This document shows, one piece after another, positions 20,020 through 30,076 of a stretch of DNA of 64,000 bases. Position 1 is the first letter of the stretch, and every line of letters begins with the position of its first letter. The notes beneath the pieces are model-generated. The model saw nothing but the letters and a program-made list of their open reading frames with translations, was not told where the DNA came from and searched no databases. The position numbers were made by a program, and so were the translations under genes. Source of the DNA: a virus (lineage: Duplodnaviria; Caudoviricetes); the IMG/VR virus record IMGVR_UViG_3300017780_003104, positions 96,001 through 160,000 of that record. One strand, 5' to 3'.

Positions 20020-20401
20020 ACTCACCGGAAGAATATATAAACCATTTGATATATACGGTTGGGTCATGTGTATTCTTGGATTATCACTACTCTGTAAATT
20101 TGGAGGGGTTGGTTGGTTATTCGGAACCGATAAAAATTGGTGGTTATTCGCCTTTACCTTCTTTATTTTTATGGAATTCGCACTCCGAGTCGCATTGGGG
20201 AGAATTTATAAATTTGTTTATTATGATACTATTTTAAATGACATGTATGAATTGGATATTTCCGGCGAGCAATTCTTCGTATGTGCGGCTGGTTTAGACG
20301 AACTGAATTTATATATGGAAACAATACATCCAACACTAGAATATAAGATTGTGAATGATACTTTAGTTGAATCATTCGTAAAAACAGAACAACACCAATG
20401 A
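20006..20401 (+). CDS. Hypothetical membrane protein
   Basis: Two hydrophobic segments; ATG at 20006 is in frame with track ORF 19973. Confidence 0.55.
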   Translation: MKLPELTGRIYKPFDIYGWVMCILGLSLLCKFGGVGWLFGTDKNWWLFAFTFFIFMEFALRVALGRIYKFVYYDTILNDMYELDISGEQFFVCAAGLDELNLYMETIHPTLEYKIVNDTLVESFVKTEQHQ

Positions 20402-20943
20402 AAAATTTTAAAGGAGATTTATTAGAATCTAATTGTGATATGCTTGTACATTGTGCCAATTTATATCATACGTTTGGATCGGGAATCGCTTATTTCATTA
20501 AGAGGAAATTCCCAGAGGCTTATCAAGCTGACCTAGAAACTGAAAACGGCTGTGAAAGTAGATTAGGGACATATTCCAAAGCGAGTATATCCAATAACAG
20601 AGTTCTCTATAATTTGTATGCTATGGTTGGTATTGGTAACTCAGGACATCCAATAGATAGAAATCTATCATATGACCATTTTTATAATGGTTTATATAAT
20701 GTTTGTGTCGATGCTATGCATAGTTATAAAGGTATCACACCACTTGTAGTGGGAGTCCCAAAATATATAGGATGTGCTAGGGCTGGTGGTAATTGGACTA
20801 TTGTTGAAACTATTCTAAATGAAATCGAAAGTGAATTTGAAGATAAAATTGAGATTCATGTATATGAACTAGAGGAACCGGAGGTGAACCCTAAAAGCAC
20901 CTTGCCACAAAATTTTAATCCAAATCTTGGTATTTTTTACTAA
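20398..20943 (+). CDS. Macrodomain protein (ADP-ribose binding/hydrolase)
   Basis: KGDLL, LVHCANLYHTFGSGIA and VPKYIGCARAGGNW. Confidence 0.85.
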   Translation: MKNFKGDLLESNCDMLVHCANLYHTFGSGIAYFIKRKFPEAYQADLETENGCESRLGTYSKASISNNRVLYNLYAMVGIGNSGHPIDRNLSYDHFYNGLYNVCVDAMHSYKGITPLVVGVPKYIGCARAGGNWTIVETILNEIESEFEDKIEIHVYELEEPEVNPKSTLPQNFNPNLGIFY

Positions 20944-20951
20944 GCCGAATT

Positions 20952-21221
20952 ATGAAAATTAACATAAGTCCGACTAGTGGTGATATAACTATATTTGCTG
21001 AATCTAGTGATTCCTTTAATAGTTTTGGTGGGGAGTATTGGGATGATATATCACATTATGCTGAATATGGCTTAGATTTAGGTGATATATCAATCAATAG
21101 CATATCACCTAAGCAATTTAAACAGTTGGCGATTTCTATGATCAATCATCTCATGATTAATGGTCATGATTTTTCAATTGGTGATGATGTAAATGGATCA
21201 TATATTAGATCCATTAATTAA
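20952..21221 (+). CDS. Hypothetical protein
   Basis: 89-aa ORF. Confidence 0.6.
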   Translation: MKINISPTSGDITIFAESSDSFNSFGGEYWDDISHYAEYGLDLGDISINSISPKQFKQLAISMINHLMINGHDFSIGDDVNGSYIRSIN

Positions 21222-21241
21222 AACCGAAGTATACTATACCC

Positions 21242-22345
21242 ATGAGATTACCCACACTTTATTCCCGAACAAATACCGGAGCAGTCCAAACATGGACAGT
21301 TGAAATCCAAGGCGACTCATATAGAACCATTCATGGTCAATTAGATGGTAAATTACAAATCACTGAGTGGACTGTTTGTATTGTCACTAATGAAGGTCGT
21401 GCTAATGAGAGAAATCCCGAGCAACAGAGTATATTCGAATCTACTGCGATGTTCACTAAAAAGAAAGATACTGGATACTTTGAAAGACTTGAAGATATCG
21501 ATACATCTTTTTATGTTGAACCCATGCTTGCTAAAAAGTGGGAAGATCGTAAAGACAAGGTAAAATTTCCTGTATATTGTCAACCAAAACTTGATGGTAT
21601 GCGAGCAGTTATCACTAGAAATGGTGCTAAGTCTCGTAATGGTAAACCTTGGGTGACTATTCCACACATTTTAGAAGCATTAGAACCTGTCTTTGACAAG
21701 TATCCAGACTTGGTATTGGATGGTGAACTATATAACCATGATTTGAAGTTTGACTTTAATAAGATTTCGTCTTTGATTAAGAAGACGAAACCAACGCCAC
21801 AGGATTTGGAAGAAAGTGCTAAACTTGTGCAATTCTGGTGGTATGATACAGCTAGTGATAAACACACATTTACTCAACGTGCTAGTTGGATTAATACTTT
21901 ACATGATCGTTATGAATTGGATGAGTGTATTCAAATGGTATGCACCCATAAAGTGAGAGATAATAGTGAACTTGATGCATGGTATGATACATATCTCGCA
22001 CATGGCTATGAAGGTCAAATGATTCGTCTTGATACACCTTATGAATTTAAGCGTTCTGCCAATCTTCTCAAGAGAAAAGAGTTTCAAGATGAAGAGTATA
22101 AGATTCTCGATATCGTGGAAGGTGTTGGTAATCGTGCGGGATTAGCTGGTGCTATGGTTTTTGAAAATGAACTAGGACACCAATTCAATTCCAATATTAA
22201 GGGGGATAGAAAATATCTAAAAGAATTGTTGGTATATGCAGATTCATATATTGGGAAATTGGCAACAGTTGTATTCTTTAATAAAACTCCCGATAGGCAA
22301 ATTCCACGTTTCCCATTCGTTCATAGTATCCGCGATTTTGAATAA
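21242..22345 (+). CDS. ATP-dependent DNA ligase
   Basis: EPMLA, QPKLDGMR, LDGELY, YEGQMIR, LLKRK and PRFP. Confidence 0.93.
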   Translation: MRLPTLYSRTNTGAVQTWTVEIQGDSYRTIHGQLDGKLQITEWTVCIVTNEGRANERNPEQQSIFESTAMFTKKKDTGYFERLEDIDTSFYVEPMLAKKWEDRKDKVKFPVYCQPKLDGMRAVITRNGAKSRNGKPWVTIPHILEALEPVFDKYPDLVLDGELYNHDLKFDFNKISSLIKKTKPTPQDLEESAKLVQFWWYDTASDKHTFTQRASWINTLHDRYELDECIQMVCTHKVRDNSELDAWYDTYLAHGYEGQMIRLDTPYEFKRSANLLKRKEFQDEEYKILDIVEGVGNRAGLAGAMVFENELGHQFNSNIKGDRKYLKELLVYADSYIGKLATVVFFNKTPDRQIPRFPFVHSIRDFE

Positions 22346-22381
22346 ATGTGGAAATCTTGGTATCTGAGACTAAATAGTTTC

Positions 22382-23104
22382 ATGGCCAAGAAAAAATATG
22401 ATCATATATTAATAGAAGACGTAATCAAAGAATATGTAGAAGACTTATACTCCACCATTCAACTAGCAGAGAAATATAATGTTAGTGAATGGTGGATAGC
22501 TGATAGGTTGAAAAAAGCTGGAGTAAAAATAAGAAACCGTGGAGGTGGAGTTCATATGGTGGATATATCTGGAGAACGATTCGGATATTATACAGTAATA
22601 AACAAATTAGAAAAGGAGAATAATAATAGAGGTGCAATATGGCAGGTAGTATGTGACTGTGGTAATGTTCGTGAGGTTCTTAGTTATCACCTAAGATCTG
22701 GAGAATCGAAATCATGTGGAGATTGTTTAGAACATCATAATTGGAAAGGTGTTGGTGAGATGAGTGGAAATGATTTCGCTAATATTCGAAGAGGCGCAGA
22801 GAAACGAAATATGATATTTGATATAAGTAAGGAATATGTATGGGACTTATATTTAAAACAAGATAAAAAATGCGCTTTAACTGGATTAGATATAAGATTT
22901 GTGAGAGGATATGAAAACCATAGGAAAGCAGCAAAAACAGCATCTCTAGATAGAATAAATTCAAAATTGGGATATGTCAAGGGTAATGTTCAATGGATTC
23001 ATAAAGTGGTGAATATTATGAAATGGCACTTGGATGAAGATTACTTTATAGAAATGTGTAGAAAAGTAGTAGAATATAACGAAAGTGAAATCTCTATTAA
23101 TTAA
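22382..23104 (+). CDS. HNH-type homing endonuclease (start moved from 22346 to the ATG 5 nt after TAAATA)
   Basis: CDCG...SKSCG; ASLDRINSKLGYVKGNVQWIHKVVNIMK. Confidence 0.8.
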   Translation: MAKKKYDHILIEDVIKEYVEDLYSTIQLAEKYNVSEWWIADRLKKAGVKIRNRGGGVHMVDISGERFGYYTVINKLEKENNNRGAIWQVVCDCGNVREVLSYHLRSGESKSCGDCLEHHNWKGVGEMSGNDFANIRRGAEKRNMIFDISKEYVWDLYLKQDKKCALTGLDIRFVRGYENHRKAAKTASLDRINSKLGYVKGNVQWIHKVVNIMKWHLDEDYFIEMCRKVVEYNESEISIN

Positions 23105-23124
23105 AACCGAAATACAATATCGAT

Positions 23125-23751
23125 ATGGTAGAATACCCATCAATACAGAATAGTTCAAAAGCCCCCCGTAAAGAATGTATAGCATTCGATAAACTTGATG
23201 GGTCTAATTTTAGAGCTAAATGGACTAAGAAACAAGGATTCTCTACGTTTGGAACTAGAACACAGTTGATAGATGAAACTACACCTTTTTGGTGTGATAT
23301 GGTTTATCGATTTAAGAATAATCTTAGCGAAACTTTAGAGAAGCTTATTCTTAAGGAATATCAAAATGAAAGAGAAGTGATAGTATTCGGTGAATATTTC
23401 GGGGAAAATAGTTTCGCTGGGAGGCACGAAGAAGAAGACCATAAAATTGTAGTATTCGATGTTTTAGTAGGACATAAGAATCGAAAATTTATTAAACCTA
23501 GAGATTTTGTAAAATTACTTTCAGATAAGATTGAGATACCTAGAATAGTTTATGAGGGTAATCTAAATGATGATCTTATTAAGAGAGTCAGATCAGATGA
23601 ATTTAATACCTTTGAGGGAGTTATCTGTAAAGGAACACAATCGGTAGGCAATGCTATGGGTGGTATATGGATGGCTAAGATTAAAACACAAAAATACCTA
23701 GATAGTCTTAAAACTAGATTTGGAGAAGATTGGGTGAAATACGCAGAATAA
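23125..23751 (+). CDS. RNA ligase family (Rnl2-like nucleotidyltransferase core)
   Basis: YPSI, KLDGSN, FGEYFG, FDV, EGVICK and AKIK. Confidence 0.75.
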   Translation: MVEYPSIQNSSKAPRKECIAFDKLDGSNFRAKWTKKQGFSTFGTRTQLIDETTPFWCDMVYRFKNNLSETLEKLILKEYQNEREVIVFGEYFGENSFAGRHEEEDHKIVVFDVLVGHKNRKFIKPRDFVKLLSDKIEIPRIVYEGNLNDDLIKRVRSDEFNTFEGVICKGTQSVGNAMGGIWMAKIKTQKYLDSLKTRFGEDWVKYAE

Positions 23752-23972
23752 AAAATATGAGAAAATTAGAAACGACTAAGATGGAGTGGATTTCTGTAGA
23801 AGATGGATTACCGCCAAATTATGAAAGAGGTGGTGGATTTAAATATTATCTAGTTAGACTTGATGAATATTATCCAAATTTTGATAGAGGAATTTTGATA
23901 GATGGTGAATGGTGTCCCGATTTCACTATGATCTTTAAAACTAAGGTTACTCATTGGTGTGATGTTCCATGA
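23730..23972 (+). CDS. DUF551-like hypothetical protein
   Basis: MEWISVEDGLP...VTHW. Confidence 0.55.
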   Translation: MGEIRRIKNMRKLETTKMEWISVEDGLPPNYERGGGFKYYLVRLDEYYPNFDRGILIDGEWCPDFTMIFKTKVTHWCDVP

Positions 23973-24151
23973 TGGAAACCGATCCATACAAACTCAAAAG
24001 AATCTACGCAAAACGCTTGATGAATGCCAAGGGTTATGTTATGTTTTGGGAGATTCATGTCAAAAAGCATCCAGATACATTTGCACTTAATATGCTGGAA
24101 GTGGCTAAAAAAATATTACTAAAAACAGAAAAGGAAATAGATAAACTATGA
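23969..24151 (+). CDS. Hypothetical protein
   Basis: ATGA overlaps on both sides. Confidence 0.55.
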   Translation: MMETDPYKLKRIYAKRLMNAKGYVMFWEIHVKKHPDTFALNMLEVAKKILLKTEKEIDKL

Positions 24152-24387
24152 TTATAAATTCAATATCAGGGGATGACAATATCAATAAAGTTTTAAACGC
24201 ATCTTTATATGCCACCTTAAAGACATTAACTGCCGAAAAATATATAACTCCCGAACAGTCGAAGGAATTTGGGGAAAATTACGTTGCGGTCTTTGTAAAG
24301 AAGGACGGAGGATTTGTTGAATGGATGAAAGCTAAATTTGGAAAAACTTCTGATATGGTTGTAGTGATGAAAACGTTTGTTGATTAA
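24148..24387 (+). CDS. Hypothetical protein
   Basis: ATGA overlap. Confidence 0.55.
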   Translation: MIINSISGDDNINKVLNASLYATLKTLTAEKYITPEQSKEFGENYVAVFVKKDGGFVEWMKAKFGKTSDMVVVMKTFVD

Positions 24388-24407
24388 AACCGAAATATAA
24401 TCGCACC

Positions 24408-24626
24408 ATGAAAAGAAGTTTTTGGTTCCATTATAATAAGCCTGAATCCCGTAAAGTGGGAAAGCCTCAGATTACCGTTCACTATATGGGTGCTTGTCAC
24501 ATAGTTGACAATTTAAAATGTAATGTTCCAATAGCTGGAAAGCTTAGAAAGACACAACCCTTTTGGGTTATAGCTGGGAAAACATCTTCCATCGAATTTG
24601 AAGATGGATTAGCAACTATTAATTAA
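24408..24626 (+). CDS. Conserved phage hypothetical protein
   Basis: FWFHYNKP...ITVHY..C pattern; motif-headed. Confidence 0.65.
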   Translation: MKRSFWFHYNKPESRKVGKPQITVHYMGACHIVDNLKCNVPIAGKLRKTQPFWVIAGKTSSIEFEDGLATIN

Positions 24627-24646
24627 AACCGAAATATAATCACACT

Positions 24647-26029
24647 ATGAAATTGAAAATCACAGAAGGAGCAGATCCAAATTATTTGGCAACTGTTGTA
24701 AAAGTTCCCACTATTAAGGAACATCCAAATGCTGATAAATTGGAAATTGTCGATGTTTTTGGTAATTCTATTATTATTGGTAAGGGTTCTTACACTGAAG
24801 GTGAACTCGTTGTTTACTTTCCAATCGAGAGTGCCATTTCTCTTAAGTTTTTGTCTTGGGCAAACCTAAGAGATAGTGCCGAAATGAATGCAGATGGTAA
24901 GACTAAGGGTTTCTTTGGAAAACATGGCCGAGTCAAGGCTATTAGTCTTAGAAGCATTCCATCACAAGGCTTTCTATTTAAAGTATCTGAACTAGTAAAA
25001 TATTATGAAATTGATGAAAACACGTTTAATCTTGGGGATACTTTTGATACTGTCGGTGATGATATCTTGGTTAAGAAATATATTAAAGGAACCGACAGAG
25101 GACAAGGTGAACAAAACGTAAAGAAGACCCGTGTTCCGAAATGGTTAGATAAGACCATTGGAGTTATGCCAAGACCTATTCGTAGAAATGCTTATATTTT
25201 TATTAATTCTTGGTATAATCGAAATAGCGAAGGTATTAAATCTCAAATCGTAGATGGAGAATTTAGATTCCACTACAAGACAGAACAACTTGGCCGAAAT
25301 ATTTTCATATTGAAGCCTGAAGATTCTATAACTATATCTAGTAAGATGCATGGAACTTCTGCAATCTTATCTAATATCGTTTGTAAGAAACCATTCAATC
25401 CAATTAGAAGTATTGGAAATAAATTTGGTGCGAAGATTCCATCGACTGAATATAAATTTGTGTATAGTTCAAGGTCTGTATTGAAAAATCGTCGTGATGG
25501 AAAATTTACAGACGATGTTTGGGGTATTATTGCGTCTGAATTAAAGGATGAAATTCCAGAAGGTTATACTGTATATGGCGAAATTGTGGGGTATACTCCC
25601 GGTGGTGCTATGGTTCAGAAGAATTACGATTATGGTATAACTAGGGGTAAGTGTGAATTTTTTGTATATCGAATCACATATAATCTATCCGATGGAAAGG
25701 TTAAGGAATTGGAATGGTATGAAATCGAAGAATTTTGTTATGAGCATGGTATGAGGAATGTTAAGGTTTATTACAATGGTTTGGCAAGTGATCTATTTGA
25801 TATTCCACTTGATAATGATTGGCATGAAACCTTTTTATCTAAACTCAAAGATAATCACCTTGATAATGTTTGTGAACAATGCACCACAGGTTCTATTAAT
25901 GAGGGTATTGTTCTTAGAATTGAAAGTAGTGAAAAGAAAACTGCATTAAAATTTAAAAGTCCTAAGTTCTTGATTCAAGAGTCGGCAGCAAGAGATAATA
26001 ACGAGGAAGACATGGAGGACGATAGTTAA
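24647..26029 (+). CDS. RNA ligase with an N-terminal OB-like domain (DRB0094/Rnl5-like)
   Basis: HPNADKLE, SQG, KMHGTS, YGEIVG, EGIVLR and KFKSPKF. Confidence 0.8.
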   Translation: MKLKITEGADPNYLATVVKVPTIKEHPNADKLEIVDVFGNSIIIGKGSYTEGELVVYFPIESAISLKFLSWANLRDSAEMNADGKTKGFFGKHGRVKAISLRSIPSQGFLFKVSELVKYYEIDENTFNLGDTFDTVGDDILVKKYIKGTDRGQGEQNVKKTRVPKWLDKTIGVMPRPIRRNAYIFINSWYNRNSEGIKSQIVDGEFRFHYKTEQLGRNIFILKPEDSITISSKMHGTSAILSNIVCKKPFNPIRSIGNKFGAKIPSTEYKFVYSSRSVLKNRRDGKFTDDVWGIIASELKDEIPEGYTVYGEIVGYTPGGAMVQKNYDYGITRGKCEFFVYRITYNLSDGKVKELEWYEIEEFCYEHGMRNVKVYYNGLASDLFDIPLDNDWHETFLSKLKDNHLDNVCEQCTTGSINEGIVLRIESSEKKTALKFKSPKFLIQESAARDNNEEDMEDDS

Positions 26030-26133
26030 AATTATGATAGAACAAATTATTAGAGGATTATTTGGATGTATAGGTGCAACAATTACATTGTATTGCTTAT
26101 GTACAGTATATACAAAACATATAAAGAAAGAGG

Positions 26134-26724
26134 ATGATGAAATCTGAAGATTACGGATATATAGTGAAGAATAACTTGTGCCTTTTTCAAAAAGGTCCAC
26201 TATCTCAATGGTGGGGCGGTTTTAAAGGACAGGATTCATCTTTTAAGGTTGATATAAATGAATTATATAGTTATTATACTGGTGACAATAGTGGATTACT
26301 AAGTAATATCTCAAGGGAATATAAACACTTATATTTTAATTGTTGTGAGCAATGGATGATGGCATGTAAGGCTATTTTATTTGATGATGTTGATACCTTT
26401 AAATTGATAATGGATGAAAAATCACCATCTAAACAGAAAAATTTAGGCAGAGTCGTATCAAACTATGATCAAGAAGTTTGGGAGATTTATAAATACAGTA
26501 TTGTTCTCCGAGGTAATGAACATAAATTTGAACAAAATCCAGAATTGAAAGAATTCTTAATGAGTTTCAATTATTTTACTATATTTGCCGAAGCTGCGCC
26601 ATGGGATAAAGTTTGGGGAATTGGTCTAGGTCCAGAAGACCCCAAATCATTAGATATTAATACATGGCAAGGTGAGAATCTTTTAGGTAAAGTATTAATG
26701 GATGTGAGACGTAGTATTGATTAA
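26134..26724 (+). CDS. NADAR-family protein
   Basis: LSQWW, CCEQWMMACKA..FDD, KNLGR, KFEQN, EAAPWDKVWGIG and GENLLGKVLM. Confidence 0.92.
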   Translation: MMKSEDYGYIVKNNLCLFQKGPLSQWWGGFKGQDSSFKVDINELYSYYTGDNSGLLSNISREYKHLYFNCCEQWMMACKAILFDDVDTFKLIMDEKSPSKQKNLGRVVSNYDQEVWEIYKYSIVLRGNEHKFEQNPELKEFLMSFNYFTIFAEAAPWDKVWGIGLGPEDPKSLDINTWQGENLLGKVLMDVRRSID

Positions 26725-26744
26725 AACCGAATTATAATAACGAT

Positions 26745-27434
26745 ATGAGTGAAGTATATCAAATAATTACAGACGAAGCAGCCCTTCGAGAATATATCGA
26801 ATGGTTGCCTGATTGTAAAGAAAACGAGCAGTTTTATTTGACACTGTTTTCCCGAAAGAAGTATTGTCCAGAGATGCCTTGGATCAAAAGTGACAAAGGA
26901 CAACTTGCTAGAAAGACTAGTTCTAAAGATTATCTTTATGATAAGATCGCTCAAATGGAGTGTAAGGTTGGTGCTTATAGAATGGAGGGCAATCCCGTTC
27001 CACAAAAAGCACTGGCTTGTTATGTATCAGTGAATCCGAGAGACTTGTGGAGAGCTACGCTTCGTAGTATCGGTAAGTTGGCTACGGTGCTGGAATGTGG
27101 TGGTAGGAACTCCAATCCCCATCAAGAAGTAATGTCTGAAATTCAGAAGAACACGGGTACACGTAAGTATATCGGATTTGATATCGATGATAAAGACGAA
27201 ACACTAATTCGGAATTGTATCGATACCGCTAGTGGTATGTGTGATGTGGTAGAAACCCGTGGTGGTTATCATCTATTTGTCCATAAGGATAAAGTTGATA
27301 AGATCAAGGGTAAGAACACTTGGTATCAGGAGTTGTCTAAACATTCTGATGTTCAAGGTGATATCATGTCACCTCCTTGTGGAACATACCAAGGTGGGCA
27401 TACGGTCAGGTTTAAATATAGGTGTAAAGACTAA
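26745..27434 (+). CDS. Archaeo-eukaryotic primase (AEP/PrimPol) superfamily protein
   Basis: IGFDID (DxD), ETRGGYH and a downstream D, the AEP catalytic motif order. Confidence 0.55.
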   Translation: MSEVYQIITDEAALREYIEWLPDCKENEQFYLTLFSRKKYCPEMPWIKSDKGQLARKTSSKDYLYDKIAQMECKVGAYRMEGNPVPQKALACYVSVNPRDLWRATLRSIGKLATVLECGGRNSNPHQEVMSEIQKNTGTRKYIGFDIDDKDETLIRNCIDTASGMCDVVETRGGYHLFVHKDKVDKIKGKNTWYQELSKHSDVQGDIMSPPCGTYQGGHTVRFKYRCKD

Positions 27435-27438
27435 AGTT

Positions 27439-27837
27439 ATGACCATTAAAGAACATTTAGAAAAAATCAAGAGTTTGTCCGAAGAAATAGACACTCTCAA
27501 AGATAAAATAGATTCCCATGTAGTAGATGTGGCCTATAGATTCTCTAGAGTGAATCCAAACGAGCATAATAGACCATCATCCAAGGAAAATTTTGGAGAT
27601 TGGTATATTGGGGAAAATACGGTTATATGTAATTGGATTAATTTTTGGTCTTATGGTGGGTATGATGAAGGGACTGTTAGTGTTCCGATTGATTATATCT
27701 ATGATAATGAGAGATTCGAAGAGTTTATACACCAGTGCGAAATCACTAAAAAAACTCAAAAATTACTATCAGAAAGACATGTGTTACAACAGAAAAGGTT
27801 GTTTTTTGATCAATTGAAAAGGGAGTTGGGTCAATAA
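27439..27837 (+). CDS. Hypothetical protein
   Basis: ATG at 27439 is in frame with track ORF 27259. Confidence 0.6.
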   Translation: MTIKEHLEKIKSLSEEIDTLKDKIDSHVVDVAYRFSRVNPNEHNRPSSKENFGDWYIGENTVICNWINFWSYGGYDEGTVSVPIDYIYDNERFEEFIHQCEITKKTQKLLSERHVLQQKRLFFDQLKRELGQ

Positions 27838-27884
27838 TCTAGCTTGACATTAATTAAAACCAAATTACAATACGAGTCATCCTT

Positions 27885-28226
27885 ATGAAAATATATGATA
27901 TTGAAGCTTATATGGCCCCACCTATCGATAAGTGGTCAAAACTTATAGGGTTTCAATATATGAGAAAATCATATGCTGAAGGTGCATGGGCTATGCTTAA
28001 ATCGCATTATAACCAAAGGACTGAACATCGTCTATTATGTGATGGTGTGGCTGTTGAACAGGTTGGTAAACAAACAGTAAAGGTTAATTCTGTGGTTGTT
28101 GATATCAAAGTTTGTGAAAATTGCTTTCAAAAAGTTAATATAGATGATAATACTGGACACGGTATGTATTGCGACTATGTATATGGGCGAAGAGGGTGGC
28201 GACAATTAGGGGCATACGACGGTTAA
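27885..28226 (+). CDS. Hypothetical protein
   Basis: Downstream of a TTGACA plus motif promoter. Confidence 0.6.
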   Translation: MKIYDIEAYMAPPIDKWSKLIGFQYMRKSYAEGAWAMLKSHYNQRTEHRLLCDGVAVEQVGKQTVKVNSVVVDIKVCENCFQKVNIDDNTGHGMYCDYVYGRRGWRQLGAYDG

Positions 28227-28231
28227 TTTAT

Positions 28232-28672
28232 ATGAACACAAAACAGGTAATAGTAATTCGAAAAGACCTCAATATGAGGAAGGGTAAGATGTGTGCTCAA
28301 GCTAGTCACGCATCTATGTCATTTTTAACAAAAGATGGATACCCTAAACATGACGTTGAATATGGTTCTGGGCATGAAAATGATTTTCATGCATTCTACT
28401 TCGCCAATTATTCTCTTCAAATAGAAAAACATTTTTATGAAATTGATCATTGGATTAAAAACTCCTTCCGTAAAATCTGCGTCTATGTAAATTCTGAAGA
28501 GGAATTAGATGCCCTTCACCAAAAGGCTCTTGACAAAGGACTCATATCACATATGATTATTGATAATGGAGTGACTGAATTCAATGGAGTTGCAACAAAG
28601 ACTTGTCTAGCAATCGGTCCCCATGAAGACTCCAAGTTTATTGGTTTGACTGACCATCTTCCTCTTCTTTAG
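28232..28672 (+). CDS. pth2: Peptidyl-tRNA hydrolase 2 (Pth2)
   Basis: KQVIVIRKDLNMRKGKMCAQASHA, RKICVYV, IIDNG.TEF..TCLAIGP. Confidence 0.93.
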   Translation: MNTKQVIVIRKDLNMRKGKMCAQASHASMSFLTKDGYPKHDVEYGSGHENDFHAFYFANYSLQIEKHFYEIDHWIKNSFRKICVYVNSEEELDALHQKALDKGLISHMIIDNGVTEFNGVATKTCLAIGPHEDSKFIGLTDHLPLL

Positions 28673-29342
28673 GTTTCCAACCTTTATGAGATTTATGTCT
28701 ATCGGGTTTGGTGAAGAGTCTATGTATTATTCGGGCATTTAAATGATATTTGCGTGCAAATTCACACATATTTTCTCCGACGATAATATCTCCAAAATCC
28801 TTATGGGTCAAAACTCTTGTTTTTCTATTAAATTCAGATTCTGGGTATGATATATTGGCCGAGCACCACCCCTTCATCTGTTTCTTTTTCCCTTTAAGTA
28901 TCTTAGACATGGAAGATCGATCAACTCCGATATAATTAGAAGCCTCTGTCATCGAAGCAAAACTTATAATCTCACCAGTCTGAATATTTTTAATAGCACA
29001 GGGAATTTTTAATAATTCTGAACATCTATATTCATTTCCGAGGGTCATGTTGAAATTGGGTTTAATATTTGCGTTATATCTTTTAATATAAACTTCTTCT
29101 TTCAAAGCAATTTCATTATCTGTCAAATATGATAATTCCTCTATTATAGTGTAAATAAAATCAGACTTCCCATATTTATTGTAATGATTTTGTAGATATG
29201 GATTTTTATGTTTGTTGGTTTTAAGATAATATCTATGATTGCTCCATCTAATTTTTATATTTGTGGAATATCCGATATAAATTCTTCCCGTCGATACACT
29301 TTTAATATGATAAATTCCTCGAATTTGGGGTCCAATAGCCAT
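28638..29342 (-). mobile_element. Free-standing GIY-YIG homing endonuclease
   Basis: GIYHI...YIGYS..IKIRWSNH; ATG at 29342 lies 5 nt after TAAATA on the - strand. Confidence 0.88.
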
Positions 29343-29374
29343 ACATTTATTTAGTCTTGACACTCATTAAAACC

Positions 29375-29428
29375 ATGATAAAATATGAAAAATTTGAAGA
29401 AGTCACAGATCACTTACCACTATTATGA
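29375..29428 (+). pseudogene. Displaced original 3' end of pth2
   Basis: Encodes (M)IKYEKFEEVTDHLPLL*, versus the current pth2 end SKFIGLTDHLPLL*; its TGA overlaps the ATG of the next gene. Confidence 0.8.
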
Positions 29429-29877
29429 GTATGTTCGACAAATATAAATTTCTACATGGATTACCATTAGAAGGTCAAAAAATAATCTTTAAAAGATGTC
29501 CTATGAGTTGGTTTACCAATGTAGTAGAGGATTCTAAAAGATTGGTAATTGATCAGGAATACACGGTCAGGAAAACCCAATTAAACTCTTCATCTACGTA
29601 TGTTTGGTTAGAGGAGTTTCCAAATATTTTTGATCCTAATGATCTTAATGATGGAAGGGATCAACCATTTTTTTGTATGAGTAGTTTTGAGTGGATTAAG
29701 CCCGAACCTAAATTAGAGGATTTAATAGGATTTAATGTTAGAGACTTAGCAACCATTAATAATATTTTTGGATGGGGTGTTGAACTAGATGGTAAAGTTT
29801 GGTTATGTGGTGATCCCATGTTAATAATTGAATATGGAATTCATAACACTGTTGTAACAGCTAAATTTAAAGAATAA
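29425..29877 (+). CDS. Hypothetical protein
   Basis: 150-aa ORF. Confidence 0.65.
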   Translation: MSMFDKYKFLHGLPLEGQKIIFKRCPMSWFTNVVEDSKRLVIDQEYTVRKTQLNSSSTYVWLEEFPNIFDPNDLNDGRDQPFFCMSSFEWIKPEPKLEDLIGFNVRDLATINNIFGWGVELDGKVWLCGDPMLIIEYGIHNTVVTAKFKE

Positions 29878-29881
29878 TAAT

Positions 29882-30076
29882 ATGAATATGATTAGTGAAA
29901 TGTGTGAAAATAGTAAACCAACACCGGAACAAATTTCGGAATATAAAAATGAGAGTGATCATGATAAGAGGATTGAATTAGCTTATGAATATCAAATCTC
30001 TAAAGCGGATTTGTGTTCGGAAGATTACATTGAAATCTTAGATGATATGTATAAAGCTTTAAATGAAACATTATAA
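29882..30076 (+). CDS. Hypothetical protein
   Basis: 64-aa ORF. Confidence 0.55.
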   Translation: MNMISEMCENSKPTPEQISEYKNESDHDKRIELAYEYQISKADLCSEDYIEILDDMYKALNETL

